A DNA stretch of 64,000 nucleotides. It comes from Burkholderiales bacterium (GTDB lineage: Bacteria; Pseudomonadota; Gammaproteobacteria; Burkholderiales; JACQAP01). Positions 19,216 to 28,598 of this stretch are shown here, one piece after another. Position numbers and translations under genes: made by a program. Below the pieces are notes generated by a model. That model had not been told where the DNA came from. It saw nothing but the letters and a program-made list of their open reading frames with translations, and searched no databases. How positions within the stretch are numbered: position 1 is the stretch's first letter; each line of letters starts with the position of its first letter. The stretch covers positions 158,744 through 222,743 of the forward strand of contig DATENC010000020.1 of assembly GCA_035275265.1 (NCBI GenBank), written 5' to 3'.

Positions 19216-20488
19216 TGCGCGGTTGATCCTCGGCAGGAATGTGTTACAGGGGCGCCATTAAATCCCTTATGGCGGCGCGGAGTCAATCATGCAGTGCATC
19301 ACGTAAGAATTTTCTCGCTGCCGCTTCTGCCTTGGTTTCGTCCGGGCCGAGGTTCGCAGTCCGAGGCCTGAGGCTCGTCCCAGGGATCCGCAATTCAGCC
19401 ACGTCAAATGCCGCTACGATGCTTCACGACCCGGGAAATCGTTTCGGATTGTGAAAAACGGAATTTTTTTTTCGGGGGCGTCGAGGGACCCGGTGGCAGT
19501 TAAGTCGCTGATTGTTTACATTTGTTGTGTTGGCCTCGATTAAATCCTAACGCTCTGATAGATTTGACAAGTTTTTCAGTCTCATAGATAACGTAATTGT
19601 GCACGTCGCTTTCTGCGGGCTTGGGCGATGGGCGCTGTCGACAGTAACTAGATTTTCCAATGCGCGCAGGAGCTACACGGCCCGCGTTACAAGGGCCGAA
19701 CGCTTCAAAAGGGAGGGAATTCGCTTTGCGCTATGCCGCCACGCGTAGCACTGGTTTGGGCGCACTCCGCTCGGACCCAGGGTGTTCGCAACCCGCGTCC
19801 AGTAGCTGGGCACCGGTCAGGTTCCGTCGCCGTACGAAGCCAACTCGATGCCTCGTGGTTGACCTCCTCGGACTGCGAGCGGCCTGGGCGAAGCGGTCGG
19901 CTTTTGCCTTGCGCAAACTGGTCGCCCCGTTCCCAGTCCCGCTCCATCCCACTTCACGCGAGCCGCACCACGGCCTCGTCGCCCGTGAGAGTCTTGCCTC
20001 CCTTGACTCTCGCAGCGCCGAACCAGCGGCTCGCTTTTTTATTGCGCAAGACGAGCACGTCGCCCCATTCGAACCTGGACATGCGAGCGACACATTTGGC
20101 GAGTCGAAGCGATCCACACGCGCCAAGAGCCGCTGGCCGCTCGGAAATAATGGTGCCTGCTGGTGCGCTAGTTCCCGCCGGCGCGAAAATTCGGCTTCCG
20201 CAGGTTCATACCCGCGCTGTTGAAGCATCGGTGACCCACATTGCCCAATCGCGTCGACGGACGCGTTTGAGGTGTGCGCCATGTGGATTATTGCGTCTTG
20301 CGGGGTGTTCGCTATCATTACTTCCAAGGTCGCGCGTTTGCATGCCTACCTGGGCGTAGTCCAGGTTATTTCCGAGACCTGTAAACGTCGCGGCCTGCAT
20401 CTCTATGCGCGACAGTCGTCTCAGCGCAGTACGCTTCTCGTGGGCGCATGCCAACGTTCTGTCGCTTACCTCGGAAATGGAGTTCGCG

Positions 20489-20755
20489 ATGAACAAACCA
20501 TATTCTTCTGCGTTAGTTGCCGGCATGCTGGTGCTGGTGACGATTAACGGGTTCGCCGTAGCACAGACCGAACCCGTCATAACCCCCAAAAATACGCAAC
20601 AGGAAACGCGACAGGACACGCAGCCGGACCTGGCTGGCGATCTCTCCGCTAAGGAACAGGAATATCTGGTCGCGCTGACGAAATGCGAATCGCTGAACGG
20701 CAGCCAGAAAACGAAGTGCATCGAAGTGGCCAAGAAGAAATTCGGCCAGATGTAG
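20489..20755 (+). CDS. small secreted protein, hypothetical
   Basis: Signal peptide 'MNKPYSSALVAGMLVLVTINGFAVA', a Gln/Thr-rich linker, and C-terminal 'KCESLNGSQKTKCIEVAKKKFG'. A strong terminator follows. Confidence 0.55.
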   Translation: MNKPYSSALVAGMLVLVTINGFAVAQTEPVITPKNTQQETRQDTQPDLAGDLSAKEQEYLVALTKCESLNGSQKTKCIEVAKKKFGQM

Positions 20756-20788
20756 GCTCGACGCCGCGCTGCGAACGCATTCAAGGGT

Positions 20789-20820
20789 AACGGGCACCGC
20801 TTGGTGCCCGTTATTTTTTC
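20789..20820 (+). terminator. rho-independent terminator
   Basis: AACGGGCACC (20789-20798) / GGTGCCCGTT (20803-20812), loop GCTT, then ATTTTTTC. Confidence 0.7.
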
Positions 20821-20824
20821 CTCC

Positions 20825-21283
20825 TTAGTGCCGCGTGTGTCCTCTCTTCGCCCACGCGGGCAGCGGCGGATGGTCATCCACGACTTCATAGGAAAACACG
20901 GCCTGTGCGGGCAGATCATTGCCCGCCTCGTCCACGAGCCGGGCGACATGAGTGCCGGCATCGTTGAGCACCTGATAGCCGAAGGTGCCGGCTGTTTTGT
21001 GTCTGCCAGCCGCACGCTGCTCAGCTTCGGCCGCGGTTTCTTCGGCAGAAAGCAGCAATGCGCGCTCGTCGTCGATCTTCTGAACATCGGCGGCGATTCT
21101 TGCGAGTGATTTTTGCAGCGCCTCGATATTTGCATTGACCTCCTGTTCCTTGATGTGCGCGACCGCAGCGGATAGCGCGCTCACACGCTTGGCCCAGGCA
21201 TCGAGTTGTTCCTGGATCGCCGGCGCGCGCGGCGCGACGCTGCGGTCGCGCCAGGATGTGAACCGGATCTTGATGAGTCTCAT
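20825..21283 (-). CDS. hypothetical protein (central coiled-coil-like region)
   Basis: 152 aa from ATG 21283, with heptad-like 'AIQEQLDAWAKRVSALSAAVAHIKEQEVNANIEALQKSLARIAADVQKI'. No family recognised and the RBS is weak. Confidence 0.4.
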   Translation of the reverse strand: MRLIKIRFTSWRDRSVAPRAPAIQEQLDAWAKRVSALSAAVAHIKEQEVNANIEALQKSLARIAADVQKIDDERALLLSAEETAAEAEQRAAGRHKTAGTFGYQVLNDAGTHVARLVDEAGNDLPAQAVFSYEVVDDHPPLPAWAKRGHTRH

Positions 21284-21776
21284 TGGGTTTTTCCGCGCTT
21301 GGTTGCGGCAGTTTGCCACGTTCGAGCGCGGGCCTGCCAGCATCGCATCGATCTATCCGGAACCAATCATTGCGGGAACGTGGGTAGGTGATAGGTGCTC
21401 TCGGGAAAGCCATCCGGCAAATGCCCACTTCGATGTTGCCGGGGGTTACGTATTCGGTTGTACCTGGCAAAGGGACGTTCGATTGCCTTCCATGTCGGGC
21501 ACTGTGACGCTTTGCGGCCGGCTCTTGCTGAGTGTTGGGCACACTCATACACCCGTTTTTCGACACGTCTTGTTTCCGCGTGGAAACAAAGTGCCATTTA
21601 GCAGCCTTCGACCTGTCATTTTTTCGACGTCCCGATGTGGCACGGCGATTGCAAATGAGAGAGTGCGCCGGGGGGAGTCCGGAGATTGGTGGGAGGCACT
21701 GCCGCCTATAGGCACGTGGCCCCGGATGATCCCCGAGCGCACCTTTTTTGGCACTGCTTGCGCGAGAGGCTCAGCA

Positions 21777-22241
21777 ATGGTCAACCACACACGGCGATTG
21801 CAAGAAGTACTTGATACGACCAACCCGAAATTGGAACCTACAATAGTCACGTCCGCGCCACCGGACGATGCGGCGGTGCTTGTGTTGCACACGATAGGCC
21901 CCGCCAATCGCGCTTATCTGGGGCAGGACGCTACTGGGCGCCTGTCTTTGCATTTCCGAGGACTGCGCTACGGCGTGGACGACTTCCTGCCCAGTTCTAT
22001 TTTTGGCCTTTCCGTATCGCCAAGCGTTACAGCGGGGGAATTCGTATGCAGGCAAATGCTCCGGCGCCATGGAGACCGTGAACAAGAATGGCCGGCGCTT
22101 GCCCGCCAATTCCTCTTGAACCATACGAACCACCAGCCCGACCGGTCCCAGGCCAGGGGTAGTGATAGTGACGTCCTTGCACCATTTAGATCCGTGCTCA
22201 ATGGCGGCCTGAAGACCAACGTAGAACGCAAGAAGGGCTGA
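21777..22241 (+). CDS. hypothetical protein
   Basis: 154 aa from the internal ATG, with GAGAGG 7 nt upstream. The upstream 640 nt of the track ORF looks non-coding. No motif recognised. Confidence 0.3.
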   Translation: MVNHTRRLQEVLDTTNPKLEPTIVTSAPPDDAAVLVLHTIGPANRAYLGQDATGRLSLHFRGLRYGVDDFLPSSIFGLSVSPSVTAGEFVCRQMLRRHGDREQEWPALARQFLLNHTNHQPDRSQARGSDSDVLAPFRSVLNGGLKTNVERKKG

Positions 22242-22312
22242 CGCACCACGCGCGAAGTTGCCCTGAACGTAATTCTTGGGCGACGAACAAGGTTGTTTAT
22301 CTTTCGCCTCGG

Positions 22313-22699
22313 TTACATGGGCGGCCGTCCCGCGAACACGTAAACCAACAGCAGCACTAGACCGGCCGCTGCGGCCAGCCCGTGAATGATGACGACGGGA
22401 CTTGGAAGCGGTTTGCCGCGCAGGTGGTTGCCGAAAAACATATAGGCTCCACCAAGGGCGGCGAGCACGAACAGCAGCAGCGCGAGCATTGCCAGTGAAG
22501 AGAAGCCCGCCGAGAATCCGTCTGCTGTTGCCGCGATGCCTACAATCAGGAATATCAGGGCAACTACCGCCAGTGTCCCATGGAGCATCGCAAGGCTGGT
22601 CGGGGGATGCGTTTTGCCTCCGGTGCGGAAGTGCATGACCGCAAGCGCAATACCACCAAGCGCAGCAATGGCGAACAGGACAGCCGACAAGGTAAGCAT
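22313..22699 (-). CDS. 4-TM membrane protein with internal two-fold repeat
   Basis: The two halves align: 'AALGGIALAVMHFRTGGKTHPPTSLAMLHGTLAV' versus 'AALGGAYMFFGNHLRGKPLPSPVVIIHGLAAA'. Confidence 0.6.
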   Translation of the reverse strand: MLTLSAVLFAIAALGGIALAVMHFRTGGKTHPPTSLAMLHGTLAVVALIFLIVGIAATADGFSAGFSSLAMLALLLFVLAALGGAYMFFGNHLRGKPLPSPVVIIHGLAAAAGLVLLLVYVFAGRPPM

Positions 22700-22982
22700 G
22701 ATTTGCCTCCATTAGCACTTGAACCCCTGACCCTCAATAGATGAGAGGCACGGCCATCCCGTTCCCAAGTGCTGTCCGGAATTCGGACCCGGAATAGTCC
22801 GTGCCTGTCATCCTTAGGTCATCGGCATTGGGAACCGGCGCAAACGCGCAAAGATGACTAGCCGTCGCGCAGCGCCGGGATCCACCTCGGCGCACGCACG
22901 GCGATGGAGTATCTGGACTCGCCGGTGAGCCGGACGCCGCTCAGGGTGGGGAGGATCCGTAGCGGTGTTCGAGTTTCCCGTT

Positions 22983-23420
22983 TCAATCCAGTTGCCCGTG
23001 CACCGGACCGGTGATCAACCGGTTGCTGTCCCTGATCACGTAACAGGCTGCCAGACCGTCGGAAACGTCCGCACTGGATACGGAGAAGATGCTCACGGTC
23101 ACGTGTTCGTGGGCCGCAACCATGACGGGAAATGGTTTCGGCCGTTCGCCGTAGCGTGGTTCGTTCATTGCCGTCACGCGAATGCGCCGGCCGTCGTCCA
23201 GGATCGCGCCCGCTTCGTGAATGACGGTGCGGGCGTTGGTCTGGTTGTCGACGAATATGGACAGGCGGTGGCGATCGGACACGGAGGGTTCCAGCCATGC
23301 GAAGACCAAAATCCTCGATGGGTGGCGTACGTACTCGGAAGTCGCGTAGACGATCAGTGCGACGACAACGCCGGCTCCCACGGAAAAGCCGTAATACAAG
23401 ACCAGCTCCGACTCGCTCAT
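22983..23420 (-). CDS. hypothetical membrane-anchored protein
   Basis: 145 aa from ATG 23420, with an N-terminal TM 'LVLYYGFSVGAGVVVALIVYA'. No family recognised. Confidence 0.4.
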   Translation of the reverse strand: MSESELVLYYGFSVGAGVVVALIVYATSEYVRHPSRILVFAWLEPSVSDRHRLSIFVDNQTNARTVIHEAGAILDDGRRIRVTAMNEPRYGERPKPFPVMVAAHEHVTVSIFSVSSADVSDGLAACYVIRDSNRLITGPVHGQLD

Positions 23421-23863
23421 CTGTGCCAGTTCGGCTTTTTGGTTGTTCTTGACTGCCCGATGATCCCGGCGCGGCGCAGAGTATAGCGTCGCCGACCGGA
23501 ATTGTGGCATCGCCATCACCTGATGGCTGCGAAGGTAGGTGCGCCCGGGGGATGCGGGAGTCGGGTGTCTTGGAAAAAACACCCGACCTCCCTTGCTCAC
23601 CGAATCCCGCGGGCGCAACCGACTACATTGCAACACCTATGCCAGCGGGCGGCGTGCGAAAAAACGACCGTCAAGCCCCTTAGCGAATGGACCCAGATCC
23701 TGAATGAAAAAAATGGAGAGTCGGAAAGCGGACAACGCTGACGAGTTCTCAGCAGACGGCGTTGTCGAAAAGCAGCCAGTGACAGCGAAGCATGCGAGAA
23801 TTTACGAAACCGGCGTAACACGGATGCCGCTTGGCGCAGCGCAGTCCCGTGTGCGGGAAGCCC

Positions 23864-24655
23864 TCAGTTGCGGTAGGCAATCCCTTTGCGATCCAGCAAC
23901 CGCAACAGCGCCGGCCATTCCTTGTGCACCTCTGAGCCGCCAGGCCGTTCGAATTGCTCGAAGCCCTTGCGCGCCGTCTGCTCAGAGATGAGCCCGACAT
24001 CGACGCGTCCACCGGCGAGTGCATCGACCTGGATCTGGCAGGCGCAGTCAAGGTAGTACATCAGTTCGAAGGCTTCCCTGACAGTGTCGCCCAGCGTGAG
24101 CAAGCCGTGGTTGCGCAGGATCATCGTCTTGGAGCGCGGCCCAAGATCGCCCGCGAGACGTGTGCGCTCATCCAGGTCGAGCGCGATGCCTTCGTAGTCA
24201 TGATAGACGAGCATCGAGTAAATGCGCAGCGAATGCTGGCTCAGCGGTAGCAGGCCACATTTCTGCGCCGATACTGCGACGCCGGCGCGGGTATGCGTGT
24301 GGATTACGCAGTTGATTTCCGGCCGCGCATCATGAACGCAGCCGTGGATCACGAAGCCGGCGTAGTTGATGCCCAGCCCGGTGGGATCGTCGACGATGTT
24401 GCCGTCCTTGTCGATCTTCACGAGGGTCGAGGCGGTGATCTCCTCGAACATCAGCCCATAGGGATTGATCAACAGATGGTCGGCACCAGGTACGCGCGCT
24501 GAGAAGTGCGTATAGATCAGGTCGGTCCACTTGAACAGCGCCGCGAGTTGGTAGGCAGCGGCGAGATCGCAGCGCATTTCCCACTCTTCCTTGCTGACGC
24601 GCTGGCGCACCGAGGAGGCTGCGACGGTCTTGAGATTTACTTCTTTTCCGGCCAC
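23864..24655 (-). CDS. class II aldolase/adducin-domain protein
   Basis: 'CVIHTHTRAGVAVS', 'ILRNHGLLT.G.T..EAF'. GTG start at 24655 with GGAGGA 7 nt upstream. The track ORF is longer. Confidence 0.85.
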   Translation of the reverse strand: MAGKEVNLKTVAASSVRQRVSKEEWEMRCDLAAAYQLAALFKWTDLIYTHFSARVPGADHLLINPYGLMFEEITASTLVKIDKDGNIVDDPTGLGINYAGFVIHGCVHDARPEINCVIHTHTRAGVAVSAQKCGLLPLSQHSLRIYSMLVYHDYEGIALDLDERTRLAGDLGPRSKTMILRNHGLLTLGDTVREAFELMYYLDCACQIQVDALAGGRVDVGLISEQTARKGFEQFERPGGSEVHKEWPALLRLLDRKGIAYRN

Positions 24656-24741
24656 TTTTCGATCCTCCCCTGACGCTCGACTTCGAAATGATACGCCTGA
24701 TGTGGACTGGTGTTTGTCCCGTGTCGCCCCTCGCAAACCGA

Positions 24742-25842
24742 TCAATTCGCGCGGTAGCGGCGGATGACATCCGGATCGGGATCGAAGCCGAGCCCGGGAC
24801 CCTGCGGCACCGCGATCGAGCCACCTTCCGGTATCGCGGCCTTGCCGTACAGGCGCGACTCCAAATCGAAGAACCGCCATTCGACAAGCGAATTCCCGCC
24901 CATTGCCGCATTGACGTGCAGGCCACCGAGAAATGCAGGACCGTCGTAGAAACTGTGCGGGGCCACCGCGATATTGTGCCGTGCGGCAAGCGCGAATACC
25001 CTACGCAGTTCCGAGATCCCGCCCATCTTGGCCGGGCTCGGCTGCAGATAGTCGATAGCGTGCGCTTCCAGCAGATGCTGGAACTGCATGAGCGTAGTGG
25101 CGTTCTCTCCTGCAGCCACCGGGATGCCGCCACTGGCGCGTACCTGCGCCAGGGCGGCATAGTCTTCCGGCGGCCACACCGGCTCTTCCAGCCAGCGCAG
25201 GCCGAACGGCCGAAGTTTTTTCGCCATCTCGAGTGCTTCATGCACAGACCACGGACAGTTCACGTCGAGCATGATGTCCACGCCGGGGCCGGCTGCCTCG
25301 CGCGCTGCAAGGGTTGCCGCAATTTCGATTTCATGCAGCTTGATGTGACGAAAACCCTGTCCCAACGCGCGAGCGACGTTTGCCGCCACTACTTTCGGGT
25401 CGCTGTACCGGACCATGCTGGCGTAGCAGGTAAGTCGCGACGACTTTGCGCCGCCGAGCATCTTGTGCACCGGCTGCCCGGCAGCCTTGCCCGCGATATC
25501 CCACAGCGCGATGTCCAGTCCCGACAGACCAAAGATTATCGGGCCGCTGCGGCCGAAGATATGCAGCTTCTGCTGCAGTTCCAGCATCAACTCTTCGATT
25601 TTTAGGGGGTCGCGCCCGAGACACATCGGCGCCAGTATCTGATCGATGGCGACCCTGGTGGCCGGAATGACGTTGTAGCCGAAGGCTTCGCCCCAGCCGA
25701 TTATGCCGGCGTCGGTGCCGACTTTCACCAGCAGCGTATCTGCGGTGCGCCAAGCGGTGCCGCCCCACGCTTCGGTGTCCGACGGGCCACCGCTGCTGTA
25801 GGGAATGTTCAAGAGGATGGTTTCGATGGCCGTGATTTTCAT
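24742..25842 (-). CDS. enolase-superfamily enzyme (mandelate racemase/muconate lactonizing family)
   Basis: 'GIIGWGEAFG', 'SGLDIALWDIAGK', 'IKLH', 'LRWLEEPV', 'VAAGEN'. Paralogous in fold to 16536-17681. Confidence 0.85.
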   Translation of the reverse strand: MKITAIETILLNIPYSSGGPSDTEAWGGTAWRTADTLLVKVGTDAGIIGWGEAFGYNVIPATRVAIDQILAPMCLGRDPLKIEELMLELQQKLHIFGRSGPIIFGLSGLDIALWDIAGKAAGQPVHKMLGGAKSSRLTCYASMVRYSDPKVVAANVARALGQGFRHIKLHEIEIAATLAAREAAGPGVDIMLDVNCPWSVHEALEMAKKLRPFGLRWLEEPVWPPEDYAALAQVRASGGIPVAAGENATTLMQFQHLLEAHAIDYLQPSPAKMGGISELRRVFALAARHNIAVAPHSFYDGPAFLGGLHVNAAMGGNSLVEWRFFDLESRLYGKAAIPEGGSIAVPQGPGLGFDPDPDVIRRYRAN

Positions 25843-26001
25843 TTTTATGGCTCGCAGATAGGAAGGTGAGCCGGATGATAGGGGAAAAAATAGGGCCGAG
25901 GTTCGATGGGCGAGGCACGAGTGACAAGCAGGGCTCGGTAACTGTCGTTCTGGTCCCGCACCGTCTCTTGAGCTAAGGTGGGCACTTGGGGGTGAAGCGA
26001 T

Positions 26002-27192
26002 ATGGTCGATCGACGTGAATTCCTTCGGTTGGGCGCCGGCGCGGCGTTCGGGCTCGCCGCGGAGCGGGCGTGGACGCGGTCCGATCCGAGTATTCGTCGC
26101 TACGTGCGGCTGGGGCGCACCGAACTGAAGATGTCCGATATCTCATTCGGCTCGGCGAGCATGTCTGACCCCGTGCTCGTGCGGCATGCGCTCGCGCGGG
26201 GTATCAACTACTTCGACACCGCGGAAAGTTACCGCGGAGGCAGTTCCGAGGAAGCCATCGGCGAGGGACTCAAAGGCCGGCGCGACCAGGTGTTGATCGC
26301 CAGCAAGACCAAAGCCGGCGCCAGCGATACACGCGCAGACATGATGAAGTCGCTGGAGCGCAGCCTGAAGCGTCTGCAGACTGACCGGGTGGATGTGTAT
26401 TTCAACCACTCGGTCAACGACGTGGCGCGGATGCAAAACCATGAATGGTGGGAGTTCACACAACTCGCTAAACGCCAGGGCAAGATCCGCTTCCGCGGCA
26501 TGTCGGGCCACGGCGGAAACCTCACCCAATGCCTCGACTACGTCATCGACAACGAACTTGCCGACGTGATTCTGGTCGCGTACAACTTTGCGCAGGATCC
26601 AAGTTTCTACGACAAACTGCGCCACACCTTTCACTGGGCAGCGATCCAGCCGGACCTGCCGCGGGTACTGGAAAAAGCCAGAAAAAAGGACATCGGAGTG
26701 ATCGCGATGAAAACATTGATGGGCGCTCGCCTGAACGACATGCGTCCGTACGAGAGGCCAGGCGCGACGTTTTCACAGGCGGCGTTCCGCTGGGTGCTAT
26801 CCGCGCCGCAGGTAGATGCGCTTCTGGTTTCGATGGGCAGCCAGAGCGAGATCGATGAATATGTGGCCGCGTCCGGCACTGCGCAGGTCAGCAGCGTTGA
26901 TTTGGAATTGCTCGAGCGTTACGCGTTGCTGCAGTCCGGTCGTTACTGCCAGTCGGCGTGCACCGACTGCACCGGGAGCTGCCCGCAGAATGTCGCCATC
27001 GCCGAAGTGCTGCGCACCCGCATGTACGACGTCGACTACGGCGACGCACTTCTCGCCCGCACCGAATATGCCGCACTCGGCAAACCAGCCGAGGCTTGCC
27101 TGAACTGCACCGTGCAGTCCTGTTTGAACGCCTGTACCAGGGGCATCCCAATCGCCGAGTTTATGCGCGACGCCGCGGAAAGGTTGGGATGA
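26002..27192 (+). CDS. Tat-exported aldo/keto reductase with C-terminal Cys-rich (Fe-S-like) extension
   Basis: 'RREFLRLGAGAAFGLAA' twin-arginine signal, AKR block 'GINYFDTAESYRGGSSEE', and a C-terminal 'C..AC.DC.GSCP ... CLNC....C...C' extension. Confidence 0.8.
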   Translation: MVDRREFLRLGAGAAFGLAAERAWTRSDPSIRRYVRLGRTELKMSDISFGSASMSDPVLVRHALARGINYFDTAESYRGGSSEEAIGEGLKGRRDQVLIASKTKAGASDTRADMMKSLERSLKRLQTDRVDVYFNHSVNDVARMQNHEWWEFTQLAKRQGKIRFRGMSGHGGNLTQCLDYVIDNELADVILVAYNFAQDPSFYDKLRHTFHWAAIQPDLPRVLEKARKKDIGVIAMKTLMGARLNDMRPYERPGATFSQAAFRWVLSAPQVDALLVSMGSQSEIDEYVAASGTAQVSSVDLELLERYALLQSGRYCQSACTDCTGSCPQNVAIAEVLRTRMYDVDYGDALLARTEYAALGKPAEACLNCTVQSCLNACTRGIPIAEFMRDAAERLG

Positions 27193-27283
27193 ATTCAAGA
27201 TACGTGCCGCGTCCCGCCGCCAAGTAGCTTAAGGGTAAAAGCAAAAAATCGGTCACTTGTATCGCCGGCAAGTCACCATCCTC

Positions 27284-27685
27284 ATGTCTCGATTCCTCGC
27301 CGATTACCTGTTCGTGCTTGCAGCCTGGACGCTTGTCATCAAATACGTCTTCCCGCTTGCGTATGCATTGAATGAAGGTGCGCCGGTTCTTACCTACGTG
27401 ATGTGGGATTTCTGGTGGGTGGCTCACATCTGGCTTGGCTGGGCTTTGATCAGCCGGCCGCGCTACACCTTCGTGTTGGCTCTGGTGGTGTCGGTGGTCG
27501 AAATCGTCATTGTTGTGACCAAGTTCGTGGTGTTCCTCTCTGAGCCGCAATGGGATATCTGGCGCACCAATTGGTTCATCAACAAGTGCTTCGTGCTCGC
27601 GTGCTTCATCCTGCTGTTGGGGTGCATGCTCAGGAACCGTGGGGAGTTCAGCTCAGCGACCGACTCGAGACTCAGGACTCAATAG
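27284..27685 (+). CDS. hypothetical 4-TM membrane protein
   Basis: 'MSRFLADYLFVLAAWTLVIKYVF', Trp-rich 'VMWDFWWVAHIWLGWALI', plus further hydrophobic segments. Confidence 0.55.
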   Translation: MSRFLADYLFVLAAWTLVIKYVFPLAYALNEGAPVLTYVMWDFWWVAHIWLGWALISRPRYTFVLALVVSVVEIVIVVTKFVVFLSEPQWDIWRTNWFINKCFVLACFILLLGCMLRNRGEFSSATDSRLRTQ

Positions 27686-27693
27686 AGGTACTC

Positions 27694-27726
27694 AAAAAAA
27701 AGCGCACCGCTACGAGCGGTGCGCTT
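27694..27726 (-). terminator. rho-independent terminator for the 27769-28029 gene
   Basis: The minus strand reads AAGCGCACCGC-TCGTA-GCGGTGCGCTT followed by T7-8, giving a perfect 11-bp stem. Confidence 0.8.
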
Positions 27727-27768
27727 CACGCTCCGGGGAGGAGGGAGCGTTGTACTTGGCTACCGTTC

Positions 27769-28029
27769 TCAGGAGCGGCCGAACTCTATGACCCTCTTGC
27801 CGCTGGTAACGGCTATCTTGTCGTCACCCTTGGCTGTATTGCGGCCCGCATCGGCAACATTTGCCGGTTGACTGGCCACGGTGCCGTAAACCCTGACATT
27901 GGGGACGCCGGTACGGCCGTACACGTTGGCGACATTGTCGATCTGGACAGTGCCCACCCCCGTTTCAGCAAACGCACCGGTAGTGGCAATGGCAAGACCC
28001 GCCGCGACGATCAGTTTGGTTACGTTCAT
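27769..28029 (-). CDS. small secreted protein, hypothetical
   Basis: Signal peptide 'MNVTKLIVAAGLAIATTGAFA'. The mature part has recurring 'G-R-[TNS]' motifs (YGRTG, AGRN, FGRS). A strong terminator lies downstream. Confidence 0.55.
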   Translation of the reverse strand: MNVTKLIVAAGLAIATTGAFAETGVGTVQIDNVANVYGRTGVPNVRVYGTVASQPANVADAGRNTAKGDDKIAVTSGKRVIEFGRS

Positions 28030-28598
28030 GGTATTACTCCTAGTATTTGTGGAATCAATCCTTCGTTGTGCGACTGCACCTGAATTTGTTCAGGCTGAGA
28101 CGAAAACCCTTTCGCCCCACGCATGGCTGCATTGGACACCAATGCCGCGTCGCACAATAGGCCACGAGTCGCCATAGTATTTATGCTTTATTGGAATGAA
28201 AGGTCCCGGGATCACAGGCTGGGGAGATACGGACTCTGCAGCCCGTCGGTTGGCAAGACCCGCAGCGGGGCAGAAAGACGCTTAAGGTTCATTGGGTTGC
28301 AGACACGGCCGGCGCTTCATCTCCGGCGGTCGGTGCTATTGCCTGTGCGTTTGCGGCCCCCGACAATCAAATTCGGCGATAAGCTCGAAGCGGGCAGATA
28401 TGGGCGTTGTGGTCTACACGACCAGACACCAGGTGGCTTGGCGGGACGAGGGAGGAGAAAATGCGTGCAGCTATTCGGCGACTACAGGGACGATGGCTGG
28501 TGATCCTGGAAAGTGGAGTCGCACCGACGGGCATCCAGAACAGCAAGTGAGGTCGCGGCCCATCGATTATTCACCGAGCAAAAATAACTATTGATCAG

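Noticed and set aside
18802-19371. 189-aa plus-strand ORF overlapping the GDCCVxC gene.
   Set aside because: The translation is Pro/Arg/Ala-rich with no motif, whereas the opposite strand encodes a recognisable Cys-rich family member.
19954-20082. 42-aa minus-strand ORF 'MSRFEWGDVLVLRNKKASRWFGAARVKGGKTLTGDEAVVRLA' in the gene-less stretch.
   Set aside because: It has no RBS, is below any reliable length, and I recognise no family. It might be a fragment of a decayed gene but cannot be supported.
15520-23700. tRNA-Thr-linked genomic island, suggested by the hypothetical genes, the orphan immunity-like gene and the GDCCVxC gene downstream of a tRNA.
   Set aside because: There is no integrase, recombinase or transposase. 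I found no second copy of the tRNA 3' end to mark an att site. Ordinary genes (uspA, an enolase-family gene, HiPIP) lie in between. It is noted as gene-poor or accessory-looking only.
28030-28598. RNase P RNA or a riboswitch. 'GAATGAAAGGTCCCGGGATCAC' vaguely resembles the RNase P 'GAGGAAAGTCCGGGC' block, and I also considered a cobalamin-type leader.
   Set aside because: The match is imperfect. I could not find the other universally conserved RNase P blocks or a B12 box. The context, upstream of panE-like, fits neither. Left as an unexplained intergenic region.
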